DNA of 63,534 nt, counting the filler, from Sphaeroforma arctica JP610 (lineage: Eukaryota): the NCBI RefSeq assembly GCF_001186125.1. It is 6 parts of 3 records of this genome, joined end to end, with 100 filler letters (N's around TTAATTAATTAA, not from the genome) between each part and the next. Parts side by side here need not be neighbours in the genome. Positions count along the whole stretch, not along the records: positions 1 to 13,762 come from NW_014040536.1; 5 more parts are not named here. The stretch is one strand, 5' to 3'. Each line of letters begins with the position of its first letter. Within the stretch, counting starts at the first letter, position 1. The notes below the pieces were generated by a model that did no database searches, was not told where the DNA came from, and saw only the letters and a program-made list of their open reading frames with translations. Positions 1 through 12,996 of this stretch are shown here, in pieces. Both the position numbers and the translations under genes were made by a program.

Positions 1-25
1 TATAGTAGTAGTAGTATATATAATA

Positions 26-67
<42 letters not shown>

Positions 68-179
68 CTATCTATCTATATCTATATATATATAAATGTT
101 TATGTTTATGTATGTATGTATAAATATATATATGTATATATGAAGTTTCGCAGTGCTATTTTTCTTTGCTCTGTTGCAG

Positions 180-1543
180 GCTGTATACGAAGCAAAATGA
201 ATTGTACAAGTGAGCCAAGTTTGATGACCCATGTTCAGAAGTATGTTTATCTAAATACCTACATTCTATCGCACGTAGAGGGAATGCAAATCTGACTGCC
301 GTAAATGCCGAGGCTGCCCGGGAGCGACTCGACGGTGTAGGTGGGGATATTGAGGAAGGCAGTGAAAGCCGTTCCAAAGGTGTGCTTTTATTTTTGGTCT
401 ATGCGACACTTGTTCGTTGCGACGAATTTGCCCACTAGAACTATTGAGGACGCAGTATTGTCCTGATGGATATCACACACATAGTGATTGGAACCATTAT
501 AGCTTTAAATTGGGTACACTTTGTAGATGCAAACTCCGAGCCATCCAAGCAGAAGAGGAAAGAAATGAGGAGAGAGGCAAAGGAAGCAAAGAAACTTACA
601 AAGGCACTGAAAAAAGAAAAAGTACGCAGGTTTTGTTGCACAGGTTTGAAGTTATCTATTGCATCTGCGAGCTTACCTATTTACCAGCTGCTGTGCGTTG
701 TGTAAATTGAGTTTAGCACGAGTGTTCCGATGTCATTTATTTGATTACCCTTTAGATTACACTCTTGAGTTTGGACAAATACTCGGTACAATTTGTTTTC
801 GGTATGACACATGTTGATTTATACTCTGAGCTCAAGTATTTTATCTATTCCGTTGCCTTGGTGTCGTGCCTACCTAACAGAAGCGAAATAAACGCAGCAA
901 GCATAACAAGCACTCTTCAGACGACAGCGATTCCGAGATGGAATGGACCGAACGCACATCTGCCACCCGACAGGGCACAGAGGAGCGCCGCCTAGGATCA
1001 GATGACAGTACTTTGCGCAAGGTTAGGGAGAGAGCTCCTAGATCACACAAGGATACTGAGGGAGATATCAGTAAGCGGTCAAGGCACAGAGATGATAGAA
1101 GTCGAGGTAAAGAGCGCAGGGGCCGCAGTCGGAGTCGAAGCGAGAGTCGCGACAGAGGCAGCAGACTTGAAAGGGATAGGGACGATATACGTCGCGAAAC
1201 CCACCATCATAGGCGAGGGCAAGCTGGAAATAACAGTAAAGATGGTCTTCGGAGCAGGAGTAGGAGTAGCTCGAGTAGTCGAGCTTCAAATGGGGGAAAT
1301 GGAGATGGATGCGATAACACAGGTGGATCGGATGTGAAGTCAAAGCGCAGTGCACGAGATAGAGCGGGTGAGAGGGACTTTCGTAGACGTCAAGAGCACA
1401 CCAACGAACGCAGTGAGTCTTATAGAGGAGATGCAGGAGAGAACACCCACCGACACTCCCAGTCGCATAGGCGACATAGAAGCAGAAGCAGAAGCCGCAG
1501 CAGAAATAGGCGAAGCATGAGTAGGGAGAGGCGGAATCGGTAG
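180..1543 (+). CDS. Arg/Ser-rich (RS-domain) nuclear protein, 3' exons, 5'-partial
   Basis: Phase-compatible GT-AG exons at ~180-209, 279-379, 527-621 (KQKRKEMRREAKEAKKLTKALKKEK) and 881-1543 (KRNKRSKHNKHSSDDSDSEMEWTER...RSRSRSRSRNRR). The RS/RD-rich C-terminus is typical of splicing-associated proteins; family not identified. Confidence 0.7.
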
Positions 1544-2948
1544 TACTCTGAATACTAGGTGGTACTTCTATGAATACACTTGATTTGTGGTGGGGATTTC
1601 GCCTAGACATCAGAAAGTAGGCTCGCATTGATATTGAGATCGCAGCAATGGACTAAAGGGTCGAAAAGTGAAGAGGACCGACATGGCACGCACCGACGAC
1701 ACAAGTCATATCAGAGGAATATAAAATAACAGTAAGAAATGTTTTCAATATGCTTAGGAAATGGAAGAGTATTCCTCGTGCGAAAGCAATCGAATATTAA
1801 AGAGAGATGAATAGATTGTAAATGTTTAAAAAGGAAAGCATATCAACAGACTTGTCCGTGACGAGATTCCGGTTGCAGAGGTGTGCTCATATATGTGTCA
1901 TCGCAAACGTAAGAGAAGTTGAGCCATCTGGCTCCGATATTGTACAACACTGCCTTAAAATGTTTTAGGGTTTTTATCGGAATTTCATGATTTTCGTCGT
2001 TGCAAATCTGGGGCTTTGACTGGATGAATTTACGGGCTGGGAGTTGAAAAAAAAAAGTGAAATGCCAACATAGGACTTAACATGCAATGGTGTCACATTG
2101 TTTTTCATAAAAACACATTTTCCAGTGTTGATTTATTTTTTTAGCCGGTATTATTATTTTCCGATTGGCATTTTCTATTGCCAGATGACAGTGGCTTGAA
2201 CGGAGAAGGCCGACGGTATTATATTGCTGATCTTTCGCCGTGACGCATTTCCATGCCCGTCGTGCGGTTTGTCTTGTTTGCACTGGATGTGCTGCGGTGG
2301 TCGTATTTGCACTACTAGCATATTTTGGTTAGACTTGTATAAAATGCACCTCACATATCTCCACCTTCGCCCTACTTCCATGTCTGTGCTTCTACTAGCT
2401 TGCCAACGCCAGTTGACATCTTTCAATAGCCTACGCTAAGATCTGATCTTCAATAGCACCTTCACTTTCCCTGAAGTAAAATCACTCAGCGATGCCACCT
2501 AGTGCAGGACATCCTTCAGTGGCAACTGTTTGTGTCCAAGAATATGCTCCATAGCGCAGTGCAAACGATACAGGCTTCTTTTTGCCCTGTGGAGTATGTC
2601 TAAAAAGTGTGAGACTTGCAGGAGAAACGATAAGGGTCTGCGGATGGGAACGGAATTGCTTCATAGGGGGAAGGCAGTAGTCGATATGAAATTTTTGACA
2701 CTACCGACAGACTCGCAATGTTGTTCTTCAAATACACCAAACCTGGCTATACACCTATCGAGTATCCCCGCCCCGCTCTCTGGGCCCTACCAACTGGGAG
2801 AGACCTCCTGTTATAGTAGCGGCTCTACAAAGGGTAAAAGTGGCCACTACTCCACAAACGCATCGTGCATTATTGACAGCCTGCGATGTCTAGAACTCCA
2901 GACAATGACATCTTTTGTACTGTTTCTGAACTCAGGACTATACATCTC

Positions 2949-5900
2949 CTAGTCCACGCGTACCACCGCGCGAGCGATCTTGTTGATAATATCTTTTTGC
3001 GAGAGAACACCGTCACCATCTACGTCTATTGAACCGAAGACCTGGAGGAGCTCGTCGATATCCTCTTGTTCGCACTGCAGAAGTCAATATGTACAGAAAC
3101 ACGACTGTGTGAATACCTTGCTGCGTAAAATCTGCATGTGCGCCTGCGAGTGGGAACTGAATCCAGAATATGGACTAAATGGTTCTAGGGCCTGAGATGC
3201 ATCAAACCCGGAATGTTCCTGTTAGAAAAACGATGTCTTATATCCACACCTCTTATGCACTTTTGTACTGTGGTGTATTTCTGTAATCTTTTGATGGAAG
3301 AGACTATATCTGAACACTTACAATTTCAAACAGCGCCTGGTGGGCACACACCTTCTCCTGTTCGATGAGCATGTGTATTAGAAACTCCAGCTTCGAAACT
3401 TGTCCATCTTTGTCAGTATCCATGCTCTCGACCATTTCACGCGTCACACCCCCCGCCTTAGTCTGCGATTGATGAACCGGGGTATTACATTCAAATTATA
3501 TACGACTGTATTCAAACCGAGTCGATATATCACCTTTTTTTTTTGGAACAGTTTGATTAAGAGGTTCTAAATATGACTTGGCATCCTTTTTCAGCTTCCA
3601 ACGCTCCACTCATTCAGTCATGACAATAGCAGGCAGTGAAAAATAAGCTTTAAGTACCTCTTTCAGGCGATGCATCAGCTGTAGCTGCACAACTTCACCC
3701 ACGATATTGGACGCGGCAATCTGTGAATGCGAAGAGTTCAATCATATTGGAGCAGGGTTCAGACATAATTTGGGTACAGTACAATCAGATTTCAGATAAT
3801 TTGTCAGATCAGGGGGGATACTATTCTGCTGAGCGCATACAATCTGCCTGGGCGAAGAGCATCACAAGAATACAAAGCTCGATAGCTTCTTATCCGGGTG
3901 CCTAACCCATATTACTAAACGGAGAAGAAATACACCATTCGCTGAGCACGTAAAACGATCGTTAAACGCAACTGGACGCTTACCGCAAATGAAATAACCC
4001 CGAAGAACATAAAGAAGATGTTAAAGATCTTCGTAGATTCATGCGTTTCCGTCAAGTCCCCATAGCCTTCCGTAGTCACCGTCACCTACCATCATAAAAA
4101 AGAATGTGCCCACTTAGATTTTGCGACTTGTAGGGCTTTTGTCGGAGATAAGGATATTGCTTTTATATTTACAATCACAGAATACTCGATGTGCATTGAT
4201 GTAGAAGCACCCAGGAACAGATACAAGCACCACATAAGTATATGTGAATATTATGTTGGATACCGGTAGGTAAATCTGCAGCACAACAGCAAGCACTGCT
4301 ACAATTAATACAAGTTTTTGCGACAGACACGTATATCGCAAATCTGTACAAAGAAGAAGCTATTCGTCATAGTGCAGGCACATACGACTTCAGCGTTCCT
4401 ACGGCACAAATCTGAGCACAAACTACAATAGAATCATAACCACCTACCAATGCCCAATAGAAACTGTCGATTAGAGTGTGGTTCTCAAGTTTGTAGAAGC
4501 TCAGTGCCCCGATGGTCAGCAAACCAACAATCACTGCGGCATTCTGCACAATCCTGCCGTAGTAGTGGTGCTCCGAGAGCACCTCACGCTTTGCTTTGCT
4601 CTCGAAGATTAAATAAGCTGCGATAGGTGTAGTAAATTTACCCGTTTTCATGACTGAGGGAAATGCTCCTCAATATATATGATTTCTTTACTCCTCAATA
4701 AACATGATTATTATTATATTTGAAGTATACTGCACTACACAACACTAAAAGATAAACCAGTTTCTCGCATAAGAAACGAATTATATAGAGCATGCTACGA
4801 TAGACAATGTATCGACGAGTTGAGCTTGTTAATTTAGAATCCTCTGCTGTGGTTTATGAAGCACTCTTACAGCGCAGCTAACATTTGGTGATGAATATAG
4901 AACACGATTTAGGACACGATCTAGTGCACGTTGACACATCGTGTAGGCGACTCGTGGTCGAAAGGAAATTTCATGCGAACAACTTGTGCGTTTTGAGGAC
5001 TCTTACTTAAATTAAGATAACTGGTTTTGCACATCCACGTGTAAATATCACATCATTAATTCACAAACCAGCCCCTGGAGGGAATGCCCGACGTTGCCGG
5101 AAACGGATATGAGACACAGAAATTGCATATATAACATACTGACAGAATTTACGGCCAGAGTTGAGATCCACATCAACCAGAGTAGCACGATGAAGCACAC
5201 GATAATCTTGCCGACATCAGTCTTAGGCGTGACGGTTCCGTAGCTGTACGTATTAATCCAAAAGTTATTGTATATGCCACATCTGGGTGGGGAAACAGCT
5301 CAAATGTAGATATTGAGTACCAGGTAAGTCTTCAATCGCTTGTACAGCTGTGGTCATCTCAAATCCGAGATAGCGACAAAACAAAAATACCGTCAGCAGC
5401 CCATACTGATGACTGAATCGGCACAAATACCTTGAAACACCACTCTCAAATATGCATCCATATAACCAGCATGTTAGTCTGTACTATATCAGGGGAACAC
5501 AACCGCATCAAGTTTACCACAGCACACAACACTACTCGATGTACTAAAACCAGTTTAGTAAGGGGGGTTCTAGTGAGTTAAGCTCTAAGTCAAATGGACA
5601 GTGTCGCCAATTTCGTGCATGATATGAGCAATTCCAGCAAACAGCCTCTGGAATCAGAGATGAGTTCAGAAGGAGCGTATAGGTAATCAGAATCGAACCT
5701 CGCATTTCGCACACGATAATGAGACACAAAATATGTATAAATCATCTATTCAAGTACACATACCCAACGGTAAGCATAGTCGATATCGCAAAGTGGAGTG
5801 CTACTAGAAACCCTGTGAAGGTTTTCGGCTCAATCAGCATCATAAGCCCCGCAGAAGCGCATGAGAACAGTGCGCATATACCAAATCCTATGGAAGGAGT

Positions 5901-5962
5901 ACATGTCAACGGTAAGTCTTCCTGCATCCATGCTACGAACCCAACCTCAAAAATTACGCGGG
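2949..5962 (-). CDS. Two-pore (4TM/2P) potassium channel, TPK/KCO-like, with two C-terminal EF-hands; 5' exon(s) unresolved
   Basis: Exons 5962-5764, 5243-5140, 4653-4448, 4085-3984, 3720-3658, 3462-3352 and 3074-2949 join in frame. Pore 1 is HFAISTMLTVGYGTVTP and pore 2 is SFYWALVTVTTEGYGDL. EF loops are DTDKDGQVSKLEF and DVDGDGVLSQKDI. Confidence 0.9.
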
Positions 5963-8127
5963 CTGGAATATACAGTCGTGGTACTCTATGCTTAGGTCGT
6001 AAATCAGTTGTGGCATCAGTGCTCTCCTAATAAAAGTTGGCTACACGCCTACTGAAATATAGAGAAGGTGGCCAGAATGGTCCCTCGAACGATGGTCGGG
6101 TCTATGGCAACTTCCAGCAGAAGTTGCATATACAACAGAGGTCTGAGAGAAACTTGTGTGCATACATTTCTGGTATCGAGGTCAAAAATTAAAAGCTCAC
6201 TGCTCAGATACGCTTACACTCATAAAGTTTCATATACATGAGCATATAAATATGATAATTGTATACACACAATTTCGGGCCTAGTGAATGTACTGGTTGG
6301 TATTCTTCTAATATCTATCTGAAGCTATGGTATGTGAAACTCTCGCAGTTTTCACTAGATTTAGCTACCACTATCCTGAAACTTGGGTATAGTACAGGAA
6401 ATGTACCTAGAGTTTCAACGATAATCAGCATCTAAGCTTGCTAGTTTACTATCCGCGTGCCTACTGAAGCCAAATTCACACAGTGCTCGCCGATTGGTAT
6501 AAATACAAACACAATGCTATCCACTTTGATTGTAGTGGAGCAGACTTTATTCCTCTTTGCGTATGATCCATCTCGAATCATATAGCTACTATACCTGATT
6601 CGGACATGGACACTATCTGCAATTATCATGGCGCCGCTACAGTACAATTTCATTTCCTAGAGAGCCTGTTATACAGCGATTTTCAACTGCATTTATGTCA
6701 AGACATTATTATACCGAATTAGTAGCATCATATAACCCACCTTTGATATAGGGAAACGCAAGTGTCAACGGACTGCGCTCGTCAACACTGTTCGACACTT
6801 TCGTGTCGCCAAGTAAAAGGCTCTCTTCTTCCGCCGGACACTGCATTGTCTTGGTATTTCGAGGAGTAGGCGAGCGAAAAGATTGAAAATGTGTACAATA
6901 GCTAGGTGTCCATTACATATGTATGCAGGCACGAGTACACTTTTCCAGGGGCTCAAAGTTGATATGCATATACAGTTGTACACTAATCAGATATAAAGAA
7001 CAGTGTTGTCATTTGTATTCAGTGCATAGATAAATTCAAAATGAATGACTGAAAAGTATGTCACATATTTCATAGCCCCCTCTGAAATGGGATTTTATAC
7101 ATTTTATGTTGTATTGTCTTACTACAAAAAAAAAAAAAAAGAAAGAAGAAAAAAATTGTTGTAGGGTTTAGCGATAAGTGATTATCCCTAGAAAATGTAG
7201 ATATACGTAAACTCTGTAGGCCGAGGCTAGTTACCACATGAATATGGTACTGAAGAGTAGGATATATGGCTTGATCTTACGTTTTCACTTTCGTATGTTG
7301 ACCGTCCATGTGTCAAAACTGCACAAACTTGTGCTGTGTGGAAGATTTTCGAGAAAAAAATACAACTTTCCATAATACACTACAGATCACGCGCGGCCAA
7401 TATAGCCAATACATATACATATATACCTCAATAACACCCTCGAAAGTAGCATCGCTGTGTGGTAATCTGACAATATGGTACGCTTATCTATGAAACTGTA
7501 CTTCACATACGCTGTTCGTATATATGTGCCATGCTATCGATGTTATATTCCATGTGTTAATTTTTTAGGTGAAAACACAACATGGCGCATCTAAGTACAC
7601 CTTAATCGTAGCAACCGAAAGACGTCGGATTTGAGCGTTTCTGAGAGCTTAGTTCGTGTTGATATGTTTGATATTAAGTTCGGACGTATTATGCTATTAT
7701 TGGTACTTTATTTAGTCGGGAGGCCTATGAGTTGACATTTATAGACCAACATCCCTGAAATCGGATATTCAGAACACCCACTGGCTCCTTGTGTTGGCGA
7801 CTACCTACAGTTCGAGTGTTTGACAATCTATGTTTTCAATTTTGCAGTACTGGTTATTCAAGTTATTCTGTATTATGCAGATTAGTCAGTTGCGTCGATA
7901 GATTGGTGACTTTTTTTATGAAGACTACAAAAAATTGTGCCGAACGTCTCACAGTTGTTCGCACACGTGAAGGAGCTTTTACGGCCTTCGTGGCACTTGA
8001 TTCACTGACTGTTATTGTCTATATTTCGTATTATAAAAATGTGTATGTAGTTATAGTTTTCGTGTTTCTATATCGTGCACTTGTTACTCGCCGACAACCG
8101 ATTTTCTATGTATTTGAGTAGTTCACG

Positions 8128-10598
8128 ATGGTGCTTGATAATGTATTGAGAGCTACATATCAAGCATGGATTCTCTACAGATCTTATTTGATGTTAAATT
8201 TGTAGTATTCGTCTCTTATCTTAGCGCGCATTTAGTTGTTCAGAATGTCGCCTTGCACCCTTCGTTCGCTATTGTATGTATTAATTACCATCCGGCTACA
8301 TCTGATATCAATATCCGATTGAATACAAATTTGTAGCCTAAAAATAAAGGAAAAGGAGGAAAAAATCGTAGACGTGGAAAAAATGAGAATGAGCAGCAGA
8401 AACGCGAGTTGATCTTCAAGGAAGATGGCCAAGGTGTGTATTACAACACATACAAATGCATATAAAACGAAAATATATATACACGTATATATATATATAT
8501 GTGTGTGTATATACACAATACATATGTGTGTACGTAAGTGTTTATAAATATTTCTATATATATATATATATGTATGTATGTTTGTTTGCCTGTATATGTA
8601 TATGTATATTATAAACGTTTTTTGTACACGCATACAAGCCTAAACGTGTACACGCGTATATACATGTATATTGTATATGTGTATATATTTTATACATGTG
8701 TGTGCATGACTGTTTTTATATATAGACTGTGTACTTCTACCTATTGAGAATGTGCCGGTTGTGTTCAGACTATCTACTACGTATTTTTGTTAATTATTTC
8801 ATAATGCGAACAGATGAAGAGAGTATCTCTTTGCAAGTAGTGTGTCGCTTTTTCCCCTGTAGTCGCAGAATAGCGATTGTAGTGAATTAAACCCTTTCTT
8901 CGTAGCACATTAGCGAATATTTGTGCAAGCATGTGTAGCTCTACGCATCTTACCTGAACTGCTGCACTGTAGAAATTTTATAGACGTTCCTCACGGTATC
9001 GTCTAGGCGACGAATTCAACCCTGTTTCAAACGTGCCTTTCCAAACTTTTTATTGGTTTACACCTGTTTTTGTCTTGATACAATGCCACCTTCTCTCATC
9101 CAATTTGAATCTCGCCTTGAGTGTTAGATCCCTCGCCTCAATTTTCCTTTAGTCTTGTTCCTGGTGTGTCATAAAGTGACGCTGAATTGCTAGGACACGT
9201 ATTGCATATTCGTATATATTGCATGGTTGTGATTCTCCAATGGGAATATCTGAGTATCTACTATCATGAATCTATCCGAATTTTGATATGCGACCCATTT
9301 TTTTTTAATTAAGTTATCAACACTCGTAATATTTTGCTTATCTCTAAACATCGCAGAGTATGCGCAAGTGGTAAAGATGTTGGGAAGTGGACGTTTGGAA
9401 GCCATGTGCTTCGACGGCACTTCACGACTGTGTCACATCCGCGGCAAGCTGCGTAAGAAAGTGTGGATTGCTCAGGGAGATATAATCTTAATCGGCCTGC
9501 GTGACTACCAAGACGCCAAGGCCGATGTTATTGTAAAATACAATGCCGATGAGGCCCGTAACTTGAAGGCTTACGGAGAGTTGCCCGATACTGGTATGTA
9601 TTCTCTCGTTTTCTGACCACTATATGGATTGTCAGTTATGATTGAAATGTATGTATGCCTGTCATATACTGCTCAATCTAAATGTGAACTGATGGTATTG
9701 TTTTATTGCGGCGTGTGTGCTGAGCTTAGCGCCTATATACGATACTTAAAATATCTCCATTCGTTTGCTACTCGAGGCTGCAATAATGTGGGCGCGACAC
9801 CGAACACGCGATGAGAATGGTTCGTTTCAGATGTCATTTTTATCGCGAGTTTTGTCTGACTACACATTGTACCTTATATTTACAGCCAAAATCAACGAGA
9901 CACCCGCCGATGGACCTGACATGGAGGATGATATTATGTTCGACGATAGGGAATATGATGAGGATATTGATGATGTATGTAACCTTTGTATTAGTTGTGT
10001 TTGTATTTTGCTATTTCTGGTTTCAAACGAATGTGAGTGAGTAGTGTTGTGTACCTATACTTGTCTATAGTTCTTGCGTTCTCGTTTAAGTTCGATCAAT
10101 ATGTTTTGTACCCTACCTTTGCTAATTATTTTATATGAATACATTCATTACTGTTTATGCTTTTATCTTACATATTTACTCGTGTATATTATTAAGCTCA
10201 AATGTGTATAGATTTATTGTATGTTTATGTTTGAATACAAGCAACATATTGGAGTGTCCGATAGGCTGGATCGAACGTATCCATCAATCTTAGCAATTAA
10301 GCAGGTGCTTTCCTATCGTCTTGCGCAAGGGAATAGTATACTAATTGAAGGCTCACGTTTCTGTTTTATCTTTATAACACGGATTTACTACTATACAAGT
10401 TGCGCAAGATTTGTTCAAAGTGTGTGCGTGAGAGTGTATGTTAGACCGTTCAAGTATATTATTTAGGATATCCAATGATCATCGTCGTCTCCCAGGCATT
10501 CAGGTGTGAACGGCTTCTCTTGACACTAAATGGATTCATCTGATCTGTCTACTCACGGAATTAATGGTTTTTGTTTTTGTTCGTTCGTGCAGATTTAA
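8128..10598 (+). CDS. EIF1A: Eukaryotic translation initiation factor 1A
   Basis: Exons: ATG 8128-8130 (inferred), 8337-8433 ([19 protein letters not shown]...), 9357-9593 ([14 protein letters not shown]...[12 protein letters not shown]...LKAYGELP), 9886-9974 (acidic tail) and 10593-10598 (I-stop), giving the canonical ...DIDDI end. All phases match. Confidence 0.97.
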
Positions 10599-11079
10599 AT
10601 ATTTTATAGCAAACATCGTGAGATTGGAAGTTGTCTCTCGTAGTGGTGTACCCGTCCATACAAATTCCGTCTATAACGTGCGGAAATGATAAGCACGCGT
10701 CCGTCGGGTTAGACGCGACCAATTTAATGCGCCGGATCGGATAATTGCGAACTGCCTTTCGTCATTTCTATCGGTCTGCCCATGGCTGGTGTCATATGTT
10801 AGAACTAAGGCTTATTTCTCAGCCTGCGCTTGATGACATGTGCGAGGGGTACTAGTACACATTGCGGAGCCACGCTACAAATCATTTTCAATGTAGCAGA
10901 ATAAAAATAGATAGTAACGAAAGGTTGTAGTACACGAGACTTTCCCTAGTTTGCTTTTGCTAATATGCGTTTTATTGGTAATTATAAACGGTCGTGTCGT
11001 TTAACGCGCTTTCTAAACCCAGGGCAATGGATGATCAGGGAACTCGCTATCATATATTTAGTCGTAAAAGTTATCAACG

Positions 11080-11990
11080 ACAAATATATACGTATGTATG
11101 TGTATATATATTATACATCATATGATGTTTATGTTGTGTATGTGTATATATATTTTATATTCTATGATGTTTATGTATCTATAGTATATATGAATATGTA
11201 TCTATGTATACATATTTTACATATACATACATACGTATACACATACAAATATACACTGATACATGTGTGTGTATATGTAAATATATCATCAGACTTCTAT
11301 TTATATGTATGTATGTAATATATATATACTTATATAGGTTTTTATATACATATTTCTTTATATTTATATATTATTTACTAATTCATATATCTAAATATTG
11401 ATATATATATATACGTATATGTATATATATATATATATGCATACATAATATTCATGCATATATACATTCATAAATCATGCATAAATACATACATCTATTT
11501 ACGCATATACAATATATATATACTATATGTATGTATATGTATAAATCACAATATATACATATATGTGTGTATGTATATGTAATATATATATGTATATTTG
11601 TGTGTGTGTATTTATACGTATATATGTATAATATATATATGTATAATATATATATATATTGTATACATGTATATAGATATATATATATTTATTCATATAT
11701 ATATATGTGTGTGTGTGTGCATATATATATATATATATTATATGTATAGTGTATATATATATATATGTATTTATATATGTGTATGTATGTACATACTTAT
11801 ATATATATTTATTTGTATTTGTATATATGTGTATGTATAATATATATTATATGTATATATATAATTATAATTACAATTATAATTATTTATATATATATAT
11901 ATATATATGTACATAATATATATATATTTATATATATATAAATAAATATATATGTGTGTGTGTGTATATATATTTATATATATGTGTGTC
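11080..11990. repeat. Extended (TA)n/(TG)n low-complexity microsatellite field
   Basis: About 900 bp of degenerate TA/TATG/TG repeats; source of spurious Y/I/C/V ORFs. Confidence 0.95.
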
Positions 11991-12258
11991 TGTTTCTGTG
12001 TCTATGTCTGTGTTTGTATATACGCATAATATGAAGCATAAAATATTTAAAAAAGACTTGTTGATATCTGCTGTATAGAACGAATACATAGCTATACTGC
12101 AACAGCCAGCCTGGAAGACTTAAAATCACGCGTAGTACTCTGTCTTGCCCTGAAAGCTTTCCTGTATCTGAACAAGATTGCAGAATGCCGAATCTGGTTT
12201 TACTATTTATTCGTACACGTTGGTACATCCAACTATAGTATGTGCAGCACCTGCACGT

Positions 12259-12996
12259 TCAATTGGCGTGTGCTTGTGGCACAGGCTCGTGCAGCTCATA
12301 TGCGTCATAACCTCGGGCACCTGCGACCTCTGCTTTGTGTGTTTTAGCCCAACCTACCACACCTTCCTTGTAGGTCTTCACATTTGTAAAGCCTAAATCT
12401 TTCAGCAATAATGTGCAGAAATGGGCTCGACGATTAGTCCTGCAGTAGGTTACAACGGTGGTAGATTTTCCCGGCAGTGGGAACCCATACTTACGCTCGA
12501 AAGCCCCTTCATGTAAGGCCAAGGCATCACATATTTCTTCTACTGGAATGTTTTTTGCATTACGAACTTGTCCGAAATTATTCAGTTCATCACGTCGACG
12601 TGTATCGATTAGTATGTCACCAGTCTCGTTGCTACTGCCAGTCTGATCCACTATACTATCAAGTTCGGGTGTGTCAATCCAATTAACAACCTTTTCGTCA
12701 GACGCATCACAATTACTACCTACAAAAACTGTTGCGTGCGTGTCTAGGAACTTGGATGCTAGCTCGTGTGCTTTCTTGCTTGCTTCTGTGTCGTTTGACG
12801 TGTACACAATACCGATGGCAAACTCTGACCCTGGGCGACTGGCTGTGGTAGCTACTGTATCCGCGATGCCGTCCCAACTCTTGTGCAATACGACTTCTGA
12901 AGGGGAAAGTGTATTAGTGGTATCATATACGACCGCCAAGATCGGATCGCGCTCGGCGAGGAACTTCAAAGTCGAGAATGATACCTCAAACAACAT
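12259..12996 (-). CDS. Rhodanese-like domain protein (sulfurtransferase fold) with N-terminal extension; intronless
   Basis: Open 245-aa frame from ATG 12996. Rhodanese motifs ILIDTRRRDEL..GQVRNAKNIP, catalytic loop YCRTNRRA, and LKDLGFTNVKTYKEGVVGW. Confidence 0.88.
   Translation of the reverse strand: MLFEVSFSTLKFLAERDPILAVVYDTTNTLSPSEVVLHKSWDGIADTVATTASRPGSEFAIGIVYTSNDTEASKKAHELASKFLDTHATVFVGSNCDASDEKVVNWIDTPELDSIVDQTGSSNETGDILIDTRRRDELNNFGQVRNAKNIPVEEICDALALHEGAFERKYGFPLPGKSTTVVTYCRTNRRAHFCTLLLKDLGFTNVKTYKEGVVGWAKTHKAEVAGARGYDAYELHEPVPQAHAN

Noticed and set aside
6812..6826. GCCTTTTAC on the - strand (U5 snRNA loop 1 sequence)
   Set aside because: The flanks do not form the U5 stem and no Sm site follows.
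10965..11916. Many Y/I/C/V/M-rich ORFs (also 8232-8747, 13486-13818, 38873-39287, 42938-43213, 60167-60421)
   Set aside because: Translations of TA/TG microsatellites.
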